A stretch of DNA of 64,000 nt from Pseudonocardiaceae bacterium (GTDB taxonomy: Bacteria; Actinomycetota; Actinomycetes; Mycobacteriales; Pseudonocardiaceae). This document shows, in pieces, positions 46,556-54,936 of the stretch. The stretch's first letter is position 1, and every line of letters starts with the position of its first letter. The position numbers and the translations under genes are program-made. The notes below the pieces were generated by a model. That model ran no database searches and was not told the DNA's origin. It was given only the letters and a program-made list of their open reading frames with translations. The stretch is taken from assembly GCA_009379815.1 (NCBI GenBank), contig WHSY01000002.1, positions 22,074 through 86,073 on the forward strand. Direction: 5' to 3'.

Positions 46556-47428
46556 TTGTCTCGACACCGCTCCCCCGGCGGCAACAGACCCAGTACAGCC
46601 CTCGATACGGCACCCGCGCACGCCCGCGGCCATAGTCGAGGTGCGCACCGGCTCCCCCACCCCTCACCCAGCGCACGTGGCCGCGTCATGGTGGCCGCCG
46701 TCGCCGTTGGCGCCGTCACCGCCGCGGCCCAGGGACTCGACCCGGCCGGCGGTGACAAGCCGGCAGACACCACGCTGCTGGCCTTCGGCGGCGACGCCGC
46801 GGCGGGATTCACCGGAGTCGGCGGCGCCGCGCCCGCACCCGGGGTACTCCCGCTGCCCGACGTCATGCCGGTGACGCAGGACAGCGGCGTCCAGGACGTC
46901 GCGAGCCTGGCCAAAGGTCAGCAGCTCGCGGAGGAGCGTGCCGCCGCCGAGCGGGAGGCCGCCGAGCAAGCGGCCGCCGAACGCGCCGCCGCCGAGCGGG
47001 AGGCCGCCGCGGACGGTGCCTCGCAGCTGCCGGTATCGGCCGGCGAGGTCGTCAGGCCGGCTTCCGGGGAACTCACCTCGGGCTTCGGTTCCCGCTGGGG
47101 CTCGTCGCACAACGGCATCGACATCGCCAACGAGATCGGGACTCCGATCTACTCGACCACCGACGGGATCGTCGTCGAGTCCGGCCCGGCGAGCGGGTTC
47201 GGGATGTGGGTGCAGGTCGAGCACCCCGACGACACCATCTCGGTCTACGGTCACATCCACGACTCCCTGGTCTCGGAGGGCCAGCAGGTCAAGGCCGGCG
47301 AGCAGATCGCGACGATGGGCAACCGCGGCCAGTCGACCGGCCCGCACCTGCACTTCGAGATCTGGCAGAACGGCGACGAGAAGATCAACCCGCTGAGCTG
47401 GCTGCAGCAGTACGGCGTCGACATCTGA
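46556..47428 (+). CDS. M23-family peptidoglycan metalloendopeptidase
   Basis: 3' part of track ORF 45587..47428. TTG 46556 (GGAAGGG upstream) is tentative; ATG 46688 is the alternative. Catalytic motifs HNGIDIANEIGTPIYSTTDG and GQSTGPHLHFEI. Confidence 0.8.
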   Translation: MSRHRSPGGNRPSTALDTAPAHARGHSRGAHRLPHPSPSARGRVMVAAVAVGAVTAAAQGLDPAGGDKPADTTLLAFGGDAAAGFTGVGGAAPAPGVLPLPDVMPVTQDSGVQDVASLAKGQQLAEERAAAEREAAEQAAAERAAAEREAAADGASQLPVSAGEVVRPASGELTSGFGSRWGSSHNGIDIANEIGTPIYSTTDGIVVESGPASGFGMWVQVEHPDDTISVYGHIHDSLVSEGQQVKAGEQIATMGNRGQSTGPHLHFEIWQNGDEKINPLSWLQQYGVDI

Positions 47429-47610
47429 CGCCTGCGAGCCCCTCAGGCCGCCGGCGCCACCGCGGCATCGCGCTCGGGCACCGGCAGGCCGGTGATCCTG
47501 CGAGGTCGGCCGGTACCGCCCCAGGAACGCTGCCAGGCTCAGCCCCGCCCAGCGCACCTCGGAGACGGTCCACGCGGTGCGCCACCAGGCAAGCTCCATA
47601 CCTGCCAGCA

Positions 47611-47632
47611 TGTCTGCGCAATCACGCAGACA
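47611..47632. promoter_or_regulatory. Inverted repeat TGTCTGCG-CAATCA-CGCAGACA (candidate ArsR/SmtB operator)
   Basis: Perfect 8-bp arms read directly, ending 22 nt upstream of the arsR-family start codon. Confidence 0.45.
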
Positions 47633-47654
47633 CGAAGGTTAGTACTCTCAAGGC

Positions 47655-47987
47655 GTGCACGATGGGATCCCCGACCTCGACATGCCCGCCGACGAGCAGG
47701 TCCACCTCGCGGCGGAGTCGTTCCGCCTGCTCTGCGATCCCACCCGGATCAAGATCTTGTGGGCGCTGCTGCAGGGCGAGTCCTCGGTGTCCTGCCTGGC
47801 CGAGCTGGTCGGGGCGGCACCGACCGCGGTGAGTCAGCACCTGGCCAAGCTGCGGCTGGCCGGGCTGGTGTCAGGGCGCCGCGAGGGCACCTTCGTCTAC
47901 TACACCGCGGCGAGCGATCACGTACGAGGCCTGCTCGCCGAGGCGCTCGGGCACGCGGAGGGCGCCGAGCGCGCCACCGCCCGATGA
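47655..47987 (+). CDS. ArsR/SmtB-family metalloregulator
   Basis: ORF 47655..47987. LLCDPTRIKILWALLQGESSVSCLAELVGAAPTAVSQHLAKLRLAGLV. Confidence 0.85.
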   Translation: MHDGIPDLDMPADEQVHLAAESFRLLCDPTRIKILWALLQGESSVSCLAELVGAAPTAVSQHLAKLRLAGLVSGRREGTFVYYTAASDHVRGLLAEALGHAEGAERATAR

Positions 47988-48034
47988 GGCGGCCGGTGGC
48001 CCGGCCCGGCCCGGATCCCCGCGCGCGGGACCGT

Positions 48035-48154
48035 TCAGTGCCACTCGGAGCCGGCAACGGCACGGTGCCACTCGGAACCCCTGTGCCACTCGGAACTCGC
48101 CGCTCCTGCCGCGAGCCGGTGCCACTCGGAACCAGCGGAGGTGAAGTGCGTCAT
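48035..48154 (-). CDS. Candidate 39-aa peptide with four SEWH repeats
   Basis: ATG 48154 preceded by AAGGAG at 7-nt spacing. It translates MTHFTSAGSEWHRLAAGAASSEWHRGSEWHRAVAGSEWH*. It is the internal part of track ORF 48035..48247. Coding status is unproven. Confidence 0.4.
   Translation of the reverse strand: MTHFTSAGSEWHRLAAGAASSEWHRGSEWHRAVAGSEWH
48038..48132. repeat. Four dispersed direct copies of GTGCCACTCGGA(A/G)C
   Basis: Copies start at 48038, 48065, 48083 and 48119 (read directly). The 12-nt core is identical in all four. On the minus strand they encode SEWH with identical codons. Confidence 0.85.
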
Positions 48155-48278
48155 GTGAATCTCCTTCGATCGGCTCCGTCCATGGCGTGCGTCACACCAC
48201 CAATCGGAGCAGCGACAGTTGGTGAACCAGCGGTTACGGTGGATCACACTGTCGGATAACTCTTACGGGGAATGCATC

Positions 48279-49580
48279 GTGAGTGTCGCCCCTACGGCGC
48301 GGGCAGGGGAAGCACAGTTCGTCACACTCCGGCGTCGATTGTCACCTGGGCGATGGCCGTTATGGTCCCAGCCGGGTCGAGTCGTCGCGCTCGTTCTGCT
48401 CGTCGACACACTCGCGGTCCTGCTCGCGGCGCTGGCCCTCCGGACTCCCACCACCCCGAAGGACGCGCTCGGCTTCGCCGTCCTCGCGGTCGGTGCGATC
48501 CTGCACCTGGAGGCGGCTCGCGGCATCGAGCGGCTGCGGGAAGTGGCATCCGAGGGCGTCGCCTACGTCAACCTCAAGGCGATGTGGAACTTCGCGGCCG
48601 TGCTGCTGCTGCCCCCGGCACTGGCCGTGGCGCTGGTCGCTGTGACCTACACGCACTGCTGGGTGCGTGTCACCCGTCGCACACCGCTCTACCGCAAGGC
48701 GTTCTCGGCGGCCACCATCGTGCTGGCCGGCGCGGCCGCGCTGCTCGTGCTCGCCGCGATCGACCCGCCGACGCGGCTGGGACTGGCGGAAGGTCCGGTC
48801 GGGCTGCTCGCGATGCTCCTGGCCGCGACGGCATTCTGGCTGGTCAACCATGGTCTCGTGGTTGGTGCCATCCTGCTGTCCCGGCCGGGAACGCGAATCC
48901 GCACCGCGATCGGTGAACCGAGTGACCAGCTGGTGCTGGCCGGTTCCATCGGGCTCGGCGTCGCCATCGCCTCGCTGATGAACAGCGAGTCGTGGCTGGT
49001 CGTGGTGCTCATGGTGTCGGTGCTCGCGCTGCACCGGGCCGTGCTGGTACCGCAGTTCCGCAACGCCGCGCGGCACGACCCGAAGACCGGTCTCGCCAAC
49101 TCCGTGTTCTGGCACGAGATGGCAGGCAAGGAGCTTGAACGCTCCCGGCGCACCGGCGTCCCACTGGGCATCCTGATGATCGACATCGATCACTTCAAGA
49201 CCCTCAACGACGGGCACGGGCACCTCGCAGGCGATGAAGTCCTCAAGGCCGTCGCCCGCGAGCTGCAGCAGCAGATGCGCCCGTACGACCTGGCCGGTCG
49301 CTTCGGCGGGGAGGAGTTCGTGCTGCTGCTGCCGGGCGTGGGTGCCGGTGAGGTCGGTCACGTCGCCGAGCGGATCCGGGCCCGGATCTCCGGGCTCGCC
49401 GTGCCGGTGCTCGGGCTCGACGGGAAGGCTTCGCAGCTCGACCACATCACCGTCTCGGTCGGCGCGGCGGTCGGCCCCGCCGACGCCGAGGAGCTCGACC
49501 GGCTGCTGCTGGCCGCGGACACGGCCCTGCTCCACGCCAAGGAGGCGGGACGCAACCAGGTCGTCCTCGCACCGTGCTGA
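48279..49580 (+). CDS. Membrane-anchored diguanylate cyclase (GGDEF domain)
   Basis: Track ORF 48219..49580; GTG 48279 chosen and the start is uncertain. About six hydrophobic helices, then DIDHFKTLNDGHGHLAGDEVL and RFGGEEFVLLLPG. Confidence 0.85.
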   Translation: MSVAPTARAGEAQFVTLRRRLSPGRWPLWSQPGRVVALVLLVDTLAVLLAALALRTPTTPKDALGFAVLAVGAILHLEAARGIERLREVASEGVAYVNLKAMWNFAAVLLLPPALAVALVAVTYTHCWVRVTRRTPLYRKAFSAATIVLAGAAALLVLAAIDPPTRLGLAEGPVGLLAMLLAATAFWLVNHGLVVGAILLSRPGTRIRTAIGEPSDQLVLAGSIGLGVAIASLMNSESWLVVVLMVSVLALHRAVLVPQFRNAARHDPKTGLANSVFWHEMAGKELERSRRTGVPLGILMIDIDHFKTLNDGHGHLAGDEVLKAVARELQQQMRPYDLAGRFGGEEFVLLLPGVGAGEVGHVAERIRARISGLAVPVLGLDGKASQLDHITVSVGAAVGPADAEELDRLLLAADTALLHAKEAGRNQVVLAPC

Positions 49581-49693
49581 ACGGTGCCACCGAAAATCCG
49601 GTGACGACGGTGCGGGCGCCGTGGGCAGCGCCGGTGATGGGCGGTTACGGTCCTGGAGGATCAGGGGGAGCAGCAACGTCAGGAGGGCACGGG

Positions 49694-52048
49694 ATGATCG
49701 ACGGCGGCGATCTTGGCGACCTGGACACCGCGGAGCTGCTCGCGAGGGCCGCCGCACTGCGCGACGTCAGACACGGCAGCCGAGTGACCTTCTCGCCCAA
49801 GGTGTTCGTGCCGCTGACGATGCTGTGCCGGGACCGCTGCGGTTACTGCACGTTCGCGCACGCCCCCCGGGAGCTGCCGTCGGCCTACCTCGAACCTGAC
49901 GAGGTGCTGGCGATCGCGCGCCGTGGCGCCGAGTTCGGCTGCCACGAGGCGCTGTTCACGCTCGGAGAGCGGCCCGAGGAGCGCTACTCGGCGGCCCGGG
50001 AATGGCTGGCGCAGCGGGGCTACACGTCGACCGTGGACTACCTGGTGGACGCCTGCCGGATGGTGGTCGAGGAGACCGGGTTGCTGCCGCACGCCAACGC
50101 CGGCGCGCTGCACCGTGACGACCTCGCCGTGCTGCGCGAGGTCACCGCGAGCCAGGGGATGATGATCGAGTCGCTGCGGTCGGGCCTGCGCGCCCACCGC
50201 GGCGCGCCCGACAAGGACCCGGCGCGGCGGCTGGCCACCCTGGAGTCCGCAGGCGAGCTCGCGATCCCGTTCACCACGGGCATCCTGGTGGGCATCGGCG
50301 AGACCGAGGCCGACCGGGTGTCGGCGCTGCGGGCCATCGCCGAGGCGCACCGCCGGCACGGGCACGTGCAGGAGGTGATCGTGCAGAACTTCCTGCCCAA
50401 GCCGGGCACGGCGATGCGCGACGAGCCCGCCTGCCCGCCCGAGGAGCATGCCCGAGCGATCGCGCTGGCCCGGCTCATCCTGCCGCCCGAGGTACACGTG
50501 CAGGCGCCGCCGAACCTGTCCGACGACCCGGCCGGGTTGCTCGCCGCCGGCCTCGACGACTGGGGCGGGGTCTCCCCCGTCACCGCGGATCACGTCAATC
50601 CGGAGCGGCCCTGGCCCGGCCTCGACGAGCTGCGGGGCGTGACCGAGTCGGCGGGTCACGTGCTGGCACCGCGGCTGACGATCTACCCGGAGTATGCGCT
50701 GGACCCGTCGCGGTGGCTCGACGAGGCGATGCACTTCCCGGTGCTCGACCGCTCCGACGCCGAGAGCCTGGGCCGCGACGATCCCGGCGCGGTGGTCCGA
50801 GAGGAGTCGCAGGACGCCGCGAACGTCGGCGACGGCGCCGAGGTCTCGCTGTCCGGTCGCCACTCCACCGCGTGGTACTCCGGATCCGACGCACCGCCGC
50901 CCGCCCTGCTACCCGGTCCGGCGAGTGCAGGCGGGGCGGTCGCGGAGGTGCTCGACGGGGTGCGCGCGGGCCAGGAGCCCGGTATCGACGAGCTGGTCAC
51001 GCTGTTCTGCGCGCGGGGGCCGGAGGTCGCCGCCGTGGCCGAGCTGGCCGACGAACTGCGCGCGGTGACCGTGGGCGACACCGTCACCTGGGTGGCCAAC
51101 CGCAACATCAACTACACCAACGTGTGCACCTTCCGCTGCCGCTTCTGCGGGTTCTCCAAGGGCAAGCTGTCACTGAACCTGCGTGGCGCGCCCTACCTGC
51201 TCGAGCACGAAGAGATCATCGACCGCGTGCTGGAAGCGCAGCAGCTCGGCGCCACCGAGGTGTGCCTGCAGGGCGGCATCCATCCCAGCTTCGACGGCGA
51301 GTACTACCTTTCGGTGTGCCGGGCGATCCACGAGGCGGCACCGGGGATGCACATCCACGGCTTCACCGCGCTGGAGGTCACCGAGGGCGCCCGCCGGCTC
51401 GGCGAGCCGCTCGCCGACTACCTGGCCCGGCTGCGCGAGGCGGGTCTGAAGACGCTGCCCGGCACCGCCGCCGAGATCCTCGACGATGAGGTGCGCGCGG
51501 TGCTGTGCCCCGACAAGATCGATACCGAGGAGTGGCTCGAGGCACACCGGGTGGCGCATTCGGTGGGCCTGCGCTCCAACGTCACGATGATGTTCGGCGC
51601 CATCGAGCAGCCGGTGCACTGGGCGCGGCACCTGGTACGCACCCGGGACTTGCAGCGCGAGACGGGAGGGTTCACCGAGTTCGTCGGGTTGCCGTTCGTG
51701 CACATGGCCACCCCGATGTACCTCAAGCGCGCCGCCCGCCGCGGGCCGACCTGGCGGGAGGTGCTGCTGGTGCACGCCGTGGCGCGGATCGCCTATCGCG
51801 GCCTGATCGACCACGTGCAGGCGTCCTGGGTCAAACTCGGCGCCAGCGGCGCCCGGCAGCTGTTGCAGGCAGGGGTGGACGACCTCGGCGGCACGCTGAT
51901 GGACGAGAACATCAGCCGGGCTGCAGGCGCGAGCCATGGGCAGGGCCTCGACGAGGCGGGGTTCCGCGCGATCGTCGCGCCACTCGACCGGCCGCTGGCG
52001 CAGCGCACCACCCTCTACGGGCCGATCGAGCCGCTGCCCGTCGGATAG
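49694..52048 (+). CDS. fbiC: Bifunctional FO synthase (CofG+CofH fusion) for coenzyme F420
   Basis: Track ORF 49574..52048; ATG 49694 with AGGAGGG upstream. Two radical SAM motifs, CRDRCGYCTF and CTFRCRFCGF. Confidence 0.9.
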   Translation: MIDGGDLGDLDTAELLARAAALRDVRHGSRVTFSPKVFVPLTMLCRDRCGYCTFAHAPRELPSAYLEPDEVLAIARRGAEFGCHEALFTLGERPEERYSAAREWLAQRGYTSTVDYLVDACRMVVEETGLLPHANAGALHRDDLAVLREVTASQGMMIESLRSGLRAHRGAPDKDPARRLATLESAGELAIPFTTGILVGIGETEADRVSALRAIAEAHRRHGHVQEVIVQNFLPKPGTAMRDEPACPPEEHARAIALARLILPPEVHVQAPPNLSDDPAGLLAAGLDDWGGVSPVTADHVNPERPWPGLDELRGVTESAGHVLAPRLTIYPEYALDPSRWLDEAMHFPVLDRSDAESLGRDDPGAVVREESQDAANVGDGAEVSLSGRHSTAWYSGSDAPPPALLPGPASAGGAVAEVLDGVRAGQEPGIDELVTLFCARGPEVAAVAELADELRAVTVGDTVTWVANRNINYTNVCTFRCRFCGFSKGKLSLNLRGAPYLLEHEEIIDRVLEAQQLGATEVCLQGGIHPSFDGEYYLSVCRAIHEAAPGMHIHGFTALEVTEGARRLGEPLADYLARLREAGLKTLPGTAAEILDDEVRAVLCPDKIDTEEWLEAHRVAHSVGLRSNVTMMFGAIEQPVHWARHLVRTRDLQRETGGFTEFVGLPFVHMATPMYLKRAARRGPTWREVLLVHAVARIAYRGLIDHVQASWVKLGASGARQLLQAGVDDLGGTLMDENISRAAGASHGQGLDEAGFRAIVAPLDRPLAQRTTLYGPIEPLPVG

Positions 52049-52226
52049 CCGGCGGCTGCCGCGACCGCGGCGGCCCAGTCGCCGTCAAGGGCACCTGCAC
52101 TGCGTCAGCTGCGGTGAAGGTGCCCTCCACGGCGCGTGGCGGGCGGCGTCCTGCCCCTGGTGGCGCCGGCTATCCGGCGCGTGGTGGGCGGCGCATGGCG
52201 GGCGGCGAGGAATGCGGCGTGCGGGG

Positions 52227-52751
52227 TCAGCCGATCCGGGCGTCGAGGTCGGCGACCAGCTCTGCGGCGCCGTCGGCCCTGCTGCGGTCGATCACCAGGC
52301 AGGGTGCGGCGTCGAGCAGGAACACCAGCACCGGCCCGCTACGGGCGACCAGCGACCAGCCGTCGCCGTGCAGGACGAGCACCTCGGCGCCGCCGTCGGG
52401 CGCAATCCGGTGCGCCGATCCCGCGGCGAGCCCGAGCGCCACCGCGTCCATGGCCTGACTCTCCGCGCGACGCAGCACCACCCGCTCCCGGGACGGCAGC
52501 CGCGCCAGCTGCTCGCACAGCGCCACATCGGCTGCCAGCTCGGCCGCCATCGTCGCGACCACGTGCTCACACACGGTGGTATGGCTCAATCCACGGGCCA
52601 GTGCCGCTGCGAGCTGGGGGCGCGGCACGTCCATGCCGTCCGCGACCCGGGCCCCGATCGGCTCAGTGGTGCTCCTGCTCATCCTCACTACGACGGCCAT
52701 CGGCAGCCGGGCAGTGCGGCTGAACACCACCGAGCCGGAAATCACCCGCAT
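52227..52751 (-). CDS. Hypothetical protein (possible small regulator)
   Basis: ORF 52227..52751 has plausible composition, whereas the competing frames are Arg-rich junk. It contains LARLPSRERVVLRRAESQAMDAVALGL, faintly HTH-like. Start and function are uncertain. Confidence 0.35.
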   Translation of the reverse strand: MRVISGSVVFSRTARLPMAVVVRMSRSTTEPIGARVADGMDVPRPQLAAALARGLSHTTVCEHVVATMAAELAADVALCEQLARLPSRERVVLRRAESQAMDAVALGLAAGSAHRIAPDGGAEVLVLHGDGWSLVARSGPVLVFLLDAAPCLVIDRSRADGAAELVADLDARIG

Positions 52752-52779
52752 GCGGGACCGGTTGACCCACCCGCTAGTT

Positions 52780-52791
52780 TACTGATCAGTA
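52780..52791. promoter_or_regulatory. Perfect 12-bp palindrome TACTGATCAGTA in a divergent promoter region
   Basis: Read directly. It lies in an AT-richer patch 35 nt upstream of the reductase ATG (52826) and 29 nt from the divergent ORF start (52751). Confidence 0.35.
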
Positions 52792-52825
52792 GCAAAGCCC
52801 GCCGGGACTGACGAACGGAGGCGCC

Positions 52826-54826
52826 ATGCGGTACCTGGTCACCGGGGGGACCGGCTTCCTCGGCCGCCACGTGCTGGCCCGCCTGGTGTCACGGCAGGAC
52901 TGCGACGCGGTCACCGTGCTGATCCGCGAGGCATCGCGGGACCGGCTTACCCGGCTCGCGGCCCGTCTCGACGGCGGCGAGCGCATCAGGCCGGTGGTCG
53001 GCGACCTCACCGCACCCGACCTGGGGCTGCGCCAGGCCGACCTCGACGAGCTGACCGGTGTCGACCACGTGGTGCACCTCGCCGCGATCTACGACCTCGC
53101 GGCGGGCGAGGAGGCCAACCGCAAGGCCAACGTGGACGGAACCGGCCGGGTGGTCGAACTCGCCACCCGGGTCGGCGCGGGCTGCCTGCACCACGTGTCC
53201 TCGGTGGCTGTGGCGGGGGACCATCCGGGCCGCTTCACCGAGGCCGACTTCGACACCGGCCAGGGGTTGCCCTCGCCGTATCACGCCACCAAGTTCGCAG
53301 CCGAGGCGCTGGTGCGGGAATCGGCGACGCCCTGGCGCGTCTACCGGCCGGCGGTGGTGGTCGGCGACTCGCGCACCGGGGAGATGGTCAAGGTCGACGG
53401 GCCCTACTACCTGCTGCCCGCGATCGCGTGGCTGGCGTCACTGCGCGCTCCGGCCCCGGTGCCGATGCCGATGCCGCTGCCGGACCTCGGCGCGACGAAC
53501 ATCGTGCCGGTCGACTACGTGGCCGACGCGCTGGTCGAGCTGGCGCACCGGCCCGGGCTCGACGGTCGCGCGTTTCACCTCGTCGCGCCACGGCCACAGG
53601 GCATGGTGGAGGTCTATGACGCCTTCGCCCGCGCGGCCGGGGCGCCACGGGCCAGCACCGTACTGCCGGGGGCCGTGAGCCGGCCGCTGCTCGGGCTGGC
53701 CGGGGCGGCAGGGGGGCTGCTCGGCCGGCTGCCGGGCGCGGACTCGTTGCGGTCGGCGGCGCTGGCCGAGCTGGGCGTCCCCGAGGAGGTCCTGCCGCAC
53801 CTGACCTTCCGCCCGGTGTTCGACAGCACGGCCACCCAGGCGGAGCTCGCGGGCAGCGGCATCCGGGTGCCGGATCTGTCCGAGTACGCATCCGTGCTGT
53901 GGGGCTACTGGGCGCGCCACCTCGACCCGTTGCGGCCCCGGCTGCCCCGGCCGGGCGGGCCACTGGCGGGGCGCCGGGTGGTCGTCACGGGAGCGTCGTC
54001 GGGGATCGGGCGCGCCACCGCACTGCAGATCGCCGAGCGTCACGGCGTACCGCTACTGGTCGCGCGGCGCGCCGAGGAGCTCGAGGAGGTCCGCGCCGAG
54101 ATCGAGCGCGGTGGCGGGCAGGCGCACGTCTACTCCTGCGACATCACCGAACCCGAGTCCGTGGACGAGCTGATCAAACAGCTGCTCGCCGACCACGAGA
54201 GCATCGACATGCTGGTCAACAACGCCGGCCGCTCGATCCGCCGCTCGGTGCGGCTGTCCTACGACCGCATGCACGACTACGAGCGCACCATGGCGGTCAA
54301 CTACTTCGGCGCCGTGCGGCTGACCCTGGGCCTGCTCCCGCACATGACGACCCGGCAGTTCGGCCACATCGTGAACATCTCCTCGATCGGAGTGCAGACC
54401 AACACCCCCCGCTTCTCCGCCTACGTGTCTTCCAAGGCAGCGCTCGATGCGTTCGCGCGGGTGGTGGCCAGTGAGACCTACGGCAACGGCGTCACCTTCA
54501 CGATCGTGCACATGCCGCTGGTGCGCACCCCGATGATCGAACCCACCAAGATCTACCGAGCGTTCCCGGCCGCCACTCCGGAGGAAGCTGCCGGGATGGT
54601 GGTTCGCGCGCTCGAGCAGCGCCCCAAAGAGATCAGCACAGCGCTGGGCACCGCCGGGGCGATCGCCTACACGGTCGCGCCGCGGCTCACCGATTCCCTG
54701 CTGCACGTGGCCTACCGGGTCTTTCCCGATTCCCCCTCCGACCGCGAATCCGAGACCGACGAGAGCACCGCGCTGACCCGCGGCGCCAGGGCCATGATCC
54801 GGCTGCTCCCGGGTGTGCACTGGTGA
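52826..54826 (+). CDS. Two-domain SDR: N-terminal fatty-acyl-CoA-reductase-like domain + C-terminal classical short-chain dehydrogenase (AcrA1/FcrA-like)
   Basis: ORF 52826..54826. MRYLVTGGTGFLGRHV (extended SDR) and VVVTGASSGIGRATA...YVSSKAAL (classical SDR). Confidence 0.8.
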   Translation: MRYLVTGGTGFLGRHVLARLVSRQDCDAVTVLIREASRDRLTRLAARLDGGERIRPVVGDLTAPDLGLRQADLDELTGVDHVVHLAAIYDLAAGEEANRKANVDGTGRVVELATRVGAGCLHHVSSVAVAGDHPGRFTEADFDTGQGLPSPYHATKFAAEALVRESATPWRVYRPAVVVGDSRTGEMVKVDGPYYLLPAIAWLASLRAPAPVPMPMPLPDLGATNIVPVDYVADALVELAHRPGLDGRAFHLVAPRPQGMVEVYDAFARAAGAPRASTVLPGAVSRPLLGLAGAAGGLLGRLPGADSLRSAALAELGVPEEVLPHLTFRPVFDSTATQAELAGSGIRVPDLSEYASVLWGYWARHLDPLRPRLPRPGGPLAGRRVVVTGASSGIGRATALQIAERHGVPLLVARRAEELEEVRAEIERGGGQAHVYSCDITEPESVDELIKQLLADHESIDMLVNNAGRSIRRSVRLSYDRMHDYERTMAVNYFGAVRLTLGLLPHMTTRQFGHIVNISSIGVQTNTPRFSAYVSSKAALDAFARVVASETYGNGVTFTIVHMPLVRTPMIEPTKIYRAFPAATPEEAAGMVVRALEQRPKEISTALGTAGAIAYTVAPRLTDSLLHVAYRVFPDSPSDRESETDESTALTRGARAMIRLLPGVHW

Positions 54827-54936
54827 CCGCCGACGCACTCTTCTCCGCGGAGGCGGCATCGTGACCGCCGACGCACTCTTCTCCGCGGAGGCGGCATCGT
54901 GACCGCCGACGCACTCTTCTCCGCGGAGGCGGCATC
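54823..54936. repeat. 38-bp unit GTGACCGCCGACGCACTCTTCTCCGCGGAGGCGGCATC repeated three times in perfect tandem
   Basis: Copies at 54823-54860, 54861-54898 and 54899-54936 (read directly). Copy 1 starts inside the reductase stop (GTGA). The next unit begins the acyl-CoA synthetase gene (GTGACCGCCGAgg). Confidence 0.9.

Noticed and set aside
46920-47010. Repetitive GCC/GAG-rich DNA in the M23 peptidase gene
   Set aside because: It encodes an AAAEREAAEQAAAERAAAEREAA coiled/low-complexity linker, which is ordinary for secreted actinobacterial peptidases.
45587-47428. 613-aa ORF spanning the DUF3048 gene region and the peptidase
   Set aside because: The 5' part is antisense to the DUF3048 lipoprotein gene and continues through the non-coding leader. 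Only the 3' ~290 codons show M23 peptidase sequence.
48038-48132. The four GTGCCACTCGGAAC copies as a possible CRISPR array
   Set aside because: The repeats are only 14 nt, the spacers are irregular (about 4-22 nt), and no cas genes are present. They are better explained as a codon-level peptide repeat or binding sites.
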